Origin: Solirubrobacteraceae bacterium
GTDB taxonomy: Bacteria; Actinomycetota; Thermoleophilia; Solirubrobacterales; Solirubrobacteraceae
DNA: 38,932 nt
Assembly (NCBI GenBank): GCA_036394235.1
Contig: DASWFM010000103.1
Coordinates: forward strand, 1 to 38,932
Direction: 5' to 3'
Positions within the stretch are counted from its first letter, which is position 1. Every line of letters starts with the position of its first letter. The notes below the pieces were generated by a model. That model was given only the letters and a program-made list of their open reading frames with translations. It was not told where the DNA came from and ran no database searches. Shown piece by piece: positions 8,348 through 16,138 of this stretch. The translations under genes were made by a program, and so were the position numbers.

Positions 8348-9267
8348 ACGGAACGACAGCGATGAGGATCGCCGTGCTCGGTCCGGGCGGCGTCGGCGGG
8401 CTGCTGGCCGCTCTGCTCGACAGGGCAGGACACGAGGTGACGGTGGTGGCGCGCGACTCGACCGCCGCGCGAATCGCCGCGAGCGGCATCGAGGTCGACA
8501 GCGTCACGTTCGGCCGCTTCACGGCCCGGCCGCGTGCCGTCGAGCGGCTCAGCGATCCCACCGACGCGCTACTCGTCGCGACCAAGGCGAGCGGCCTCGA
8601 GGCAGCGCTCGATCGAATCGACGTCGAGCCCGCTACGGTGCTGCCGCTGCTCAACGGCCTCGATCACATCGCCGTGCTGCGCAGGCGCTTTCCGTCCGAT
8701 TCGGTGCTCGCGGGATCGATTCGCGTCGAGGCGGACCGCCCCCAGGCGGGCGTGATCGTCCACACGAGCCCCTTCCTGCTCGTCAGCATGGCCGGCAGGG
8801 CGCCGGCGATGGCGCCACGGATCGAGCGGCTCGCCGCCGCTCTCGGCGACGCCGGAGTGCCGTTCGAGGTGCTCGACTCCGAAGCGGATGTGATGTGGTC
8901 GAAGCTCGTGCGCCTGAACGCGCTGGCCTGCACGACCAGCGCATACGACAAGCTGCTCGGCGAGATCCGCTCGACGCCGGCGCTGCGGGCCGATCTCGTC
9001 GGCGCGATGATCGAGGCGGCGGCCGCGGGCCGAGCGGAGGGAGCCGACGTCGACGGCGAGACAGCGATCGAGGAGCTCGAGCGGGCCCACGCGACGCTCG
9101 GCAGCTCGATGCAGCGCGACATCGCCGCGGGCCGCGAGCCCGAGCTGGACGCGATCCCCGGCTCGGTGATGCGGGCGGCCGCCCGGCACGGTCTCACCTG
9201 CCCGACGATCGAGCGCCTCGTCGGGATGATCGCCGCCCGCGCCGGCATCGAGGCGCCGGTCATCTAG
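8344..9267 (+). CDS. panE: Ketopantoate reductase family protein
   Basis: Rossmann 'IAVLGPGGVGG', 'VATKA', 'LLNGL', 'MWSKL..LN' and 'SSMQRDI..GREPELDAIPG'. GTGA overlap with the upstream gene; alternative ATG at 8362. Confidence 0.85.
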   Translation: MNGTTAMRIAVLGPGGVGGLLAALLDRAGHEVTVVARDSTAARIAASGIEVDSVTFGRFTARPRAVERLSDPTDALLVATKASGLEAALDRIDVEPATVLPLLNGLDHIAVLRRRFPSDSVLAGSIRVEADRPQAGVIVHTSPFLLVSMAGRAPAMAPRIERLAAALGDAGVPFEVLDSEADVMWSKLVRLNALACTTSAYDKLLGEIRSTPALRADLVGAMIEAAAAGRAEGADVDGETAIEELERAHATLGSSMQRDIAAGREPELDAIPGSVMRAAARHGLTCPTIERLVGMIAARAGIEAPVI

Positions 9268-9311
9268 ACGGGCGGGCAGCAGGCGCGCTCGGCGGATTCC
9301 CGAGCGGCAGC

Positions 9312-9638
9312 TCAGATTTCCGGCGGCTGCTCGCCCGCCCGCTCCAAGCCCGGCACCGACCGTGTGGCGACGGCCTCGACGGCCTGCTCCTCGGCGGCTG
9401 TCAGCTCCTCCTCGTGATCGCCGTCGCAGAGCACTCTGAAATTCCCGGTGACGCCTCCGTCGGCCTCGATCGTGATGCCCGGAAGGATCTCCTCGCCCTC
9501 CTCGAAGCCCAGGCGCTCGAGGTCGAAGTGGGCCATCCCGATGCCGTATGCGGTGTGCGTCGGGTTCTCGCGGTCGTGGGCCGCGACTGCCTGGGCGAAG
9601 CGCTCCAGGTTCTTGGCGATCTTGCCCGTGTCAGACAT
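9312..9638 (-). CDS. Hypothetical protein (acidic, 108 aa)
   Basis: Clean ORF with protein-like composition and host codon usage. TAGGCT lies upstream. No family recognised. Confidence 0.75.
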   Translation of the reverse strand: MSDTGKIAKNLERFAQAVAAHDRENPTHTAYGIGMAHFDLERLGFEEGEEILPGITIEADGGVTGNFRVLCDGDHEEELTAAEEQAVEAVATRSVPGLERAGEQPPEI

Positions 9639-9735
9639 CGCTTCATCGGCAGCCTAGCGCCTGCGCGCCGCTCGGCATTGCGGCGGCACAGGCTTGCCGG
9701 GCACCAGCCCTGGCCGGTGGGGTACGATCGCGGCA

Positions 9736-10044
9736 ATGGTGCTCTACACCTGCGCCGACGGAAAGGCCTTCGGGTCGATGCCCGGCCCTATGGCCCACCC
9801 GTGCGGGCGCGCCGCGATCGCCCTCGACAAGGCCGGTCACTCCTATGAGTGGCGCAAGGTCAAAGGGGGCACGCTGAAGTTCTGGACGTGGCGCACTCGC
9901 GCTGAGGACCGTGCCGATATCGAACGGTTGAGCGGCCAGCGGGGGGTGCCGATCCTGGTGCTGGACGACGGCGCCGTGATCACCGGCTCCGGCGAGATCG
10001 TTACCTGGGCGCGGGAGAACACGCCGGCGGCGGCGGCGTCCTGA
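9736..10044 (+). CDS. Glutaredoxin/GST N-terminal (thioredoxin-fold) protein
   Basis: 'LYTC...HPCGRAAIAL', 'RLSGQRGVPILVLDDG.VITGSGEIV.W' (cis-Pro VP motif). TACGAT is 7 nt upstream of ATG 9736. Confidence 0.85.
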   Translation: MVLYTCADGKAFGSMPGPMAHPCGRAAIALDKAGHSYEWRKVKGGTLKFWTWRTRAEDRADIERLSGQRGVPILVLDDGAVITGSGEIVTWARENTPAAAAS

Positions 10045-10095
10045 GCGCAGCCGGCTGTCGATTCGCAGCGACAAACAACGACGAAGGGGCTGTCG

Positions 10096-10371
10096 ATGGC
10101 AATCGGGATCTACTTCAAACCGCAGGGCTTCTCTACAGAGCGCTACGACGACGTGCTCGGGCGCCTGGAGCAGGCCGGAGAGGGCGCTCCGGCGGGTCGC
10201 ACCCACCACTTCGCTTGGGTGGGCCAGGACGGCGTCGAAGTGTTCGACGTCTGGGACTCACAGGAGTCCTTCGACAAGTTCGGCGAGACGCTGATACCGA
10301 TCATGAACGAGGTCGGCGCGGATCCCGGGGAGCCTGCGAGCTTCGAGATCTACAGCATGATCCTCGGCTGA
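10096..10371 (+). CDS. Hypothetical protein, dimeric alpha-beta barrel (ABM-like) fold likely
   Basis: 'PAGRTHHFAW....GVEVFDVWDSQESFDKF' resembles the ABM/DABB pattern. An AAGGGG RBS lies upstream. Confidence 0.75.
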   Translation: MAIGIYFKPQGFSTERYDDVLGRLEQAGEGAPAGRTHHFAWVGQDGVEVFDVWDSQESFDKFGETLIPIMNEVGADPGEPASFEIYSMILG

Positions 10372-10402
10372 GCTCGAGCGAGCCGGCGGCGCCGTCGCCG
10401 GC

Positions 10403-10627
10403 TCAGTTGCAAACTCGGCAGCGACCGACCGAGCAGGAGCAGGGGGGCGGGGCGAAGGACAGTCGCCGGGGCCCCCAGCGACGGACCCACTCGAGCGCTC
10501 CGGGCTGGGTGCGGTCGCTCGGCTTGCCGATCAGGGCTGCCAGCAGCCGCGCGGTGTCGCCGTCGGCTCGCGTCGAGATCGATTCGATGTGCGCCGAGAC
10601 GTGCTGATCGTCTGAATGCTCCGCCAT
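10403..10627 (-). CDS. Small protein with C-terminal Cys cluster (CSCSVGRCRVCN)
   Basis: ATG at 10627 gives 74 aa ending in C-x-C-x4-C-x2-C-N*. Confidence 0.65.
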   Translation of the reverse strand: MAEHSDDQHVSAHIESISTRADGDTARLLAALIGKPSDRTQPGALEWVRRWGPRRLSFAPPPCSCSVGRCRVCN

Positions 10628-10773
10628 GGGAGCCCACAGAGATAGCGCACGTGGCGGCCGGAACGGATCGCACGCACGGGTTACACCTTCCGTGCGGGGG
10701 CGCCGCATGGCATCCCTTCCTCGGCCCGGACGGTGCCCCGCCTGATTGCGAGGCACCGGCGAGCTTCGCTTCT

Positions 10774-11136
10774 TCAGGTCGACTGTGGAACGCGCGAAAG
10801 GCTCTCTGTGTAGAGCGCCATCTCACGCGCGATCTCGTCGTTCGTGACGCCTTCGACCTGGCGCAGGCCATCGACGATCAGGGTGGCCTCGATCGTGTTG
10901 CGTCGGAACTCCTCGTCGTCGCGCAGCGCGGCTATCTGCTCGCTCGAACCGTGCAGCTGGATGTACCCGCCGAGGTCGGAGGCGGGCTCGAGCAGCACAA
11001 CGTCGAAGCTCTCGATACGGCCCTCCTGTTGCATCCGGCCGTACAGCCCGATGCTCTCGTTGAAGACCTCCAGGCCACGTTCCTCGCGTCCCCGGACAGG
11101 CGTACCCCAGCTGATGAACAGCACTCGGTCAGCCAT
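10774..11136 (-). CDS. Hypothetical protein (120 aa)
   Basis: MADRVLFISWGTPVRGREERGLEVF... with a strong AAGGGGG RBS upstream and host codon usage. Confidence 0.8.
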   Translation of the reverse strand: MADRVLFISWGTPVRGREERGLEVFNESIGLYGRMQQEGRIESFDVVLLEPASDLGGYIQLHGSSEQIAALRDDEEFRRNTIEATLIVDGLRQVEGVTNDEIAREMALYTESLSRVPQST

Positions 11137-11228
11137 TACTTCCCCCTTGCTTCGCAGCTCGGCAACGTCTTGCCGGGCCTGTCCCGCTGACCGTACCACT
11201 CGTTGCGATCAGCCGTAGACTGACGCAC

Positions 11229-11606
11229 GTGGCGCTGATCCACACCTGTTACCGCATCACCGACATCGACCGCTCGGTCGCGTTCTACGAAGCACTCGGC
11301 TTCAGGGAGGTCGGACGGCTGCCGATCAAAGACGAGGCTGTGAACGTCTTCATGAACCAGCCCGGCGACGGGGACATGCCGCGCCTCGAGCTGACGTACA
11401 ACTTCGGCGTGGACTCCTACGAGATCGGTAGCGGCTACGGCCACATCGCGATCACGACCGACGACGTCGACGCGACGCTCGCACGGCTAGCCGAGCAGGG
11501 GATCGAACCCGAGAGGCCTCCGTACTCGGTGCGCGAGGGCGGGTCGCTGCTGGCTTTCGTCAGGGACCCCGACGGGTACCGCGTGGAGATAATCGAGCAG
11601 CAGTAA
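11229..11606 (+). CDS. gloA: Lactoylglutathione lyase / VOC family (glyoxalase I-like)
   Basis: 'HTCYRITDIDRSVAFY', 'LELTYN.GVDSYEIGSGYGHIAI' and 'AFVRDPDGYRVEII'. Confidence 0.88.
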   Translation: MALIHTCYRITDIDRSVAFYEALGFREVGRLPIKDEAVNVFMNQPGDGDMPRLELTYNFGVDSYEIGSGYGHIAITTDDVDATLARLAEQGIEPERPPYSVREGGSLLAFVRDPDGYRVEIIEQQ

Positions 11607-11715
11607 TGCGTGGGTCGCGCCCCGGTCCTGGGACGGCCCGTGAGAGCTGGCGTTCGAGTACGGTCAGGGTTCCAGCTGCGCACATCGTGTAGCCGAGCCT
11701 GTGAGGAGGCGTCCG

Positions 11716-12324
11716 GTGGCTGAGAACGTCGAAGGGGACATCAAGCGCTCTGCCGAGGAATTGGCCGAAGCGCGCGGAAGGATCACGAAGGCGATGGTCG
11801 CGCCGATCGCGCGGTTCTGGTGGATCGAGCTACTGCTCGGGATGCTCTGGCTGATCGTTGCCGCAGTCGTGCTGAAGTTCAACCACGCGTCGGTGGTGAC
11901 GGTTGGTGTCCTGACCGGGATCCTGTTCCTGGTCTTCGCCGCCGAGGAGTTCGCGCTCGCGTTCGTGGATCGCAGCGCCGGCAAATACCTGTGGGCGTTC
12001 TTCGCGGTGTTGCTGCTGGCGGGGGGGATCGTCTCGCTGATCCATCCCCGGGAAACGTTCCTGGGATTTGCCGACATCCTCGGCTTTGTGTTCCTGGTGG
12101 GTGGCATCGCGTGGACTGCACAGGCGTTCGCTGAACGGGCCGTCAACGAACTCTGGTGGCTCACCCTGACCAGTGGCATCCTGCTGATCGCGCTCGCCTT
12201 CTGGACGAGCGGCGAGTTCGTTCTCGAACGCGCTTATACGCTGCTGATCTTCACCGGCATCTGGGCCTTGTTCAAAGGAATCACCGACATCGTGCGGGCG
12301 TTCGAAATTCGCAAGTTGGCCTGA
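11716..12324 (+). CDS. HdeD/DUF308 family membrane protein
   Basis: About six hydrophobic helices in a two-repeat pattern ('WWIELLLG', 'WWLTLTSG', 'GIWALFKGITDIVRAF'). AGGAGG RBS at 11704 before GTG 11716. Confidence 0.85.
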   Translation: MAENVEGDIKRSAEELAEARGRITKAMVAPIARFWWIELLLGMLWLIVAAVVLKFNHASVVTVGVLTGILFLVFAAEEFALAFVDRSAGKYLWAFFAVLLLAGGIVSLIHPRETFLGFADILGFVFLVGGIAWTAQAFAERAVNELWWLTLTSGILLIALAFWTSGEFVLERAYTLLIFTGIWALFKGITDIVRAFEIRKLA

Positions 12325-12348
12325 AACCGGAGCGCGAACGCGTGACAT

Positions 12349-12387
12349 GATCGGCGGCCCGGCTCCTCGCTTGCCGGGTCGCCGATC
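12349..12387 (+). terminator. 15-bp GC-rich hairpin after the hdeD-like gene
   Basis: GATCGGCGGCCCGGC (12349..12363) pairs with GCCGGGTCGCCGATC (12373..12387), with one G-U pair. No U-tract follows directly. Confidence 0.5.
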
Positions 12388-12496
12388 GCGACTCGGCCGC
12401 TCGCTGCCTCGACCGGGGTCGGCTTTTACCGCAGTTTGCGGAGTTTACGCGCCGCCCTTTTTTCGCACTTTCCGGAGTTGGGATAGATTCGGTGGC

Positions 12497-13138
12497 GTGG
12501 GGATGGACAGGGGCATTCCCAGGTGGGCTCGGGGCCTGCCGATGACGCGGTCAGCGTTCGAGTGTGCGCGCGACGCACATCGGGGCCAGTCCCGGAAGGC
12601 CGACGGCGCCCCCTTCATTGCTCATCCCCGCGAGGTTGCAACTCTGCTCCACCGGGACGGTGCGCCCGACCATCTGATCGCCGCGGGGGCTCTTCACGAC
12701 GTGATCGAGAAGACCGACATCTCTGCGCGCGAGCTGCGGGCGCGGTTTGGCACCAAGGTCGCCATACTCGTCTCGGCCGTCAGCGAGGACGAGCAGATCA
12801 GCGGCTATGCGGCGCGCAAGGCCGCCCTGCGCAAGCAGGTGGCCCACGCCGGCGAGGAGGCCTTGACGCTGTTCGCCGCGGACAAGATCTCAAAGGCGAG
12901 GGAGTTGCGCCTCGGCGACACCGGTGTTCATCGAGCCCGCGAGCGCAAGCTCGCCCATTACCGCCGATGCTTGGCTCTGCTTCAAGAGCACATCCCGGAA
13001 TCGCCATTGGTCGCGCTGCTCCGCAGGGAGCTCGATGCAGACACCTACTCGAGAAGCAGTCACAGCGTTCACCATCGACTCGAGGAGGGCCATGACCGCG
13101 TCGGAGAACTTCAACAAGCTCGTACAGCTGGTCGATGA
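12497..13138 (+). CDS. HD-domain protein, small alarmone hydrolase (Mesh1/SpoT-HD)-like
   Basis: 'AHRGQSRKADGAPFIAHP.EVA', 'AGALHDVIEKT', 'FGTKVA.LV..VSED' and 'ADK'. Start at GTG 12497 (TAGATT 7 nt upstream) or ATG 12503. Confidence 0.85.
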   Translation: MGMDRGIPRWARGLPMTRSAFECARDAHRGQSRKADGAPFIAHPREVATLLHRDGAPDHLIAAGALHDVIEKTDISARELRARFGTKVAILVSAVSEDEQISGYAARKAALRKQVAHAGEEALTLFAADKISKARELRLGDTGVHRARERKLAHYRRCLALLQEHIPESPLVALLRRELDADTYSRSSHSVHHRLEEGHDRVGELQQARTAGR

Positions 13139-13141
13139 CGG

Positions 13142-13918
13142 TCACGCGGCCTGCAGCCGCACGCGCCAGATCTGCTCCATCGGCCACCGCCGCGCCCATT
13201 CGCGGTCCTTCTCGGTCCGATAGCTGCTCACGGCATCCGCCGCCGGCCGCAGCTCGATCAGGTCCTCGATCGCGAAGCCGTGCTTACGAAACACGGCGAT
13301 CCACTCGCCGTAGGGGAGGTTGAAGTTGATCGGCTCGCCGGGCTCCTGCACGCGCCGGATGCCCTCCCAGTAGTCGACCACCAGGCTCTCGCCGGGCCCC
13401 TCCTCGCCCAGGGCCCAGGCCAGCTCGACGATCGGCGTGAGCGCCGAGAAGGCGAACAGGCCCCCGGGCCGCAGCACCCTCGCGACCTCCGGGATGCTGT
13501 TGTGGGGGTCGGTGAAGGTCATCGCGCCGAAGTCGCAGAAGACGACGTCGAAGCTCGAATCTCCCAAACCGGTCGACTCGGCGCTGGCGTGGACGAGGGG
13601 GAACTCGACCCCAGCGGCGGCCATCGCCTGCCGGGCATGGTCGAGTTGCCGCGAAGAGTTGTCGAGACCGGTCATGCGCGCCCCCTGCCGGCTCAGGGCG
13701 ATCGACCATTGCGCGGCCCCGCAGCCGAGCTCCAGGACGTCGAGTCCGTTGATGTCGCCGAGCACGCCGAGCTTTGACTCGGGGATCTGCCAGACGCCCC
13801 AGGCGGTGCCGCCGGACTCCTCGAGCTGCGCACCGTGCCGGGCCTGGTACTCGTCGGACTGCTCGTCCCAGCGATCGCGGTTGGCAGCCGCGTCGGCGGT
13901 GAGCTTCTCGGCGTCCAC
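13142..13918 (-). CDS. Class I SAM-dependent methyltransferase
   Basis: 'VLELGCGAAQWS', 'GLDNS..QL', 'SFDVVF' and 'EVARVLRPGGLFAF'. Confidence 0.92.
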   Translation of the reverse strand: MDAEKLTADAAANRDRWDEQSDEYQARHGAQLEESGGTAWGVWQIPESKLGVLGDINGLDVLELGCGAAQWSIALSRQGARMTGLDNSSRQLDHARQAMAAAGVEFPLVHASAESTGLGDSSFDVVFCDFGAMTFTDPHNSIPEVARVLRPGGLFAFSALTPIVELAWALGEEGPGESLVVDYWEGIRRVQEPGEPINFNLPYGEWIAVFRKHGFAIEDLIELRPAADAVSSYRTEKDREWARRWPMEQIWRVRLQAA

Positions 13919-13924
13919 GGGCCA

Positions 13925-13946
13925 AGCCTACCCTCACATCTAGACT
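13925..13946. promoter_or_regulatory. Back-to-back -10 hexamers of divergent leaderless genes (methyltransferase / purD-like)
   Basis: Minus-strand TAGGCT (13930..13925) is 6 nt before GTG 13918, and plus-strand TAGACT (13941..13946) is 7 nt before GTG 13954, all within a 35-bp intergenic gap with no SD. Confidence 0.65.
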
Positions 13947-13953
13947 CCCCGGC

Positions 13954-15297
13954 GTGCGGACGCTGATCGTGGGCAACGGAGGACGAGAGAGCGCTCTGGC
14001 GACGCGAATGGCCGAGCACAGCGAGCTGCACGCGTTCGTAGGCCACGAGAACCCCACGATCGTGATGCAGGCGGAACGCTCGGGCGGCGGCCATCGCGTG
14101 GGCGATGTGTGCGATCCGGCTGCCGTCGCCGCCTATGCCCGCGAGCTCGAGATCGATCTGGCGATGGTGAGCTCGGATGAGCCCCTCGCGGCCGGCGTCG
14201 TCGACGCCCTGCGGGCGCAGGGCACGAGCGCCGTCGGTCCCACACGGGCCGGGGCCGAGATCGAGTGGAACAAGGTCTTCGCCCGCGAGCTGCTGGCCCA
14301 GCTCGCCCCGGAGGCGGTGCCGCGGCTGCGCATCGCCCGCAGCCGCGCGGAGGTCCGTGACGCGATCGCCTCGTTCGGCTCGGAGCCCGTGGCGGTGAAG
14401 CCGGCCGGTCTCACCGGCGGCAAGGGCGTCAAGGTCATGGGCCCGCACCTCGCCGACCACGCCGCCGCTCGCGACTATGCGCTCGCGCTGCTCGAGCGCG
14501 GCGCAGCCGGGGAGTCGGTGCTGATCGAGGAGCGGATCGACGGCGCCGAGTTCACGATCCAGGCGATCAGCGACGGCTCAACGGTCGTGTTCCCCAACTC
14601 GACGTATGACTACCCCTATCGCTTCGACGGCGACGAGGGCCCCGGCACCGGTGGCATGGGCTCGCTTTCGCTTCCCTCGCCCACCCTGCCGTTCATGACG
14701 CCCGCTCACTACGAGCAGGCCTGCTCGATCATCCAGCGGGTGATCGAGCGCCTCGGGTCGCTCGGCCGCCACTTCAGCGGTGTCATGAACTCCGGCTTCT
14801 TCGCGACCGCAGACGGCGTCAAGGTGATCGAGTTCAATGCCCGCTTCGGCGACCCGGAGTGCATGAACATCATGAGCCTCCTCGAGGGCTCATGGACCGA
14901 GGTGATGCGCAGCATCGCCTCCGGGACGCTCACCGCCGCTGATGTGAAGTTGCGCCGCGAGGCCTCCGTCGTCCTGTACCTGGTGTCCCCCGACTACGCA
15001 CTTCGCGCCGGTGGCCCCTGCGAGTTCAGCCTCGACCGCGAGGCGATCGAGGACGAGGGGGGCCACGTCTACTTCTCCTCCTCGATCGGTCTCGGCGGCG
15101 ACGCCTACCGGACTGTCGGCACCTCCCGCGCGGTCGCTCTCGCCAGCACCGCCGCGACCCTCGAGCAGGCGCGCGCACGGGTCGCCGGGTGGGCCGAAGA
15201 CGTGCCCGTGCTGGACTGGCGGCGAGACGTCGGCGACGGCTCCTACCTGGAGCGGCTCGGCGATCTTCTCACCACGCGCGCTGGCGCCGGCGCTTAG
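13954..15297 (+). CDS. purD: Phosphoribosylamine-glycine ligase (GAR synthetase), archaeal-like sequence type
   Basis: 'LIVGNGGRESAL', 'EPLAAGVVD', 'GPT..GAEIE', 'GGKGV', 'DGDEGPGTGGMGS' and 'VIEFNARFGDPE'. Confidence 0.85.
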   Translation: MRTLIVGNGGRESALATRMAEHSELHAFVGHENPTIVMQAERSGGGHRVGDVCDPAAVAAYARELEIDLAMVSSDEPLAAGVVDALRAQGTSAVGPTRAGAEIEWNKVFARELLAQLAPEAVPRLRIARSRAEVRDAIASFGSEPVAVKPAGLTGGKGVKVMGPHLADHAAARDYALALLERGAAGESVLIEERIDGAEFTIQAISDGSTVVFPNSTYDYPYRFDGDEGPGTGGMGSLSLPSPTLPFMTPAHYEQACSIIQRVIERLGSLGRHFSGVMNSGFFATADGVKVIEFNARFGDPECMNIMSLLEGSWTEVMRSIASGTLTAADVKLRREASVVLYLVSPDYALRAGGPCEFSLDREAIEDEGGHVYFSSSIGLGGDAYRTVGTSRAVALASTAATLEQARARVAGWAEDVPVLDWRRDVGDGSYLERLGDLLTTRAGAGA

Positions 15298-15298
15298 G

Positions 15299-16096
15299 AT
15301 GGCGACAGTGATCGTCGAGCGATCCACGCACCCGCAGTTCGTCTCGAACACCTTCCTCGTGGCCGACGGCGAGGGAGGCCCCGCGTTCTTCATCGATGCC
15401 GGCGGGCCGGTCGCGCCGCTGATCGAGATCGCCGATCGCCGCGGGCTCGAGCCGACCCATGTGCTGCTCACCCACCACCACTACGACCACGTCAGCGAGG
15501 TCGATGCGCTCCGCGCCCGCTGGCCCGGACTGCAGGTGCTGATCAGCGCTCACGAGCGTGACCTGCTCCTCGCCTCGGCTGCCGACGGCGATCAGGGGCC
15601 GGCCTCTTACGGCACCATCGAGGCCGGTCAGACGACCGCCTTCGGCGGGCTGTCGATACGTCCGCTTCACACCCCCGGCCACACCGGCGGCATGCTCTCC
15701 TTCCTCGTCTCTCCTCACGGGCAGCCCGGGGCGGTCTTCACCGGCGACACGCTCTTCAAGGACTCCGTCGGCGGCGTCAAAGCGCCCGGTCACACGACCT
15801 ATGCGGACCTGCGCGACTCGATCATGGGCACGCTCATGGAGCTGCCGCCCGCGACCGTCGTCCACCCCGGCCACGCCGCCGACACCACCGTCGGCCGTGA
15901 GTGGGAGCAGAACGCCTTCATCCGTGTCTGGCGCGGCCTCGATCCGGAGGGCTCAGAGGCCTGCATCGCGCTCGGCGAGCCCGCCACGCTGATCCTGCTC
16001 GGCGCGGACTACGACGGTGGCACCAAGGCCTGGGTGCGCTGGCCGGACGGCAGCGACGACATCGTGCCCGGCTCGAAAGTGCAGCGCGGCTCCTAG
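15299..16096 (+). CDS. MBL-fold metallo-hydrolase (glyoxalase II-like)
   Basis: 'THHHYDH', 'TPGHT', 'FTGDTLF' and 'HPGH'. The ATG is 1 nt after the purD stop. Confidence 0.9.
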   Translation: MATVIVERSTHPQFVSNTFLVADGEGGPAFFIDAGGPVAPLIEIADRRGLEPTHVLLTHHHYDHVSEVDALRARWPGLQVLISAHERDLLLASAADGDQGPASYGTIEAGQTTAFGGLSIRPLHTPGHTGGMLSFLVSPHGQPGAVFTGDTLFKDSVGGVKAPGHTTYADLRDSIMGTLMELPPATVVHPGHAADTTVGREWEQNAFIRVWRGLDPEGSEACIALGEPATLILLGADYDGGTKAWVRWPDGSDDIVPGSKVQRGS

Positions 16097-16138
16097 CCTC
16101 CGGCGGCCGCAGTGCTCGCGGCCGCCTAGGATTGCTCC

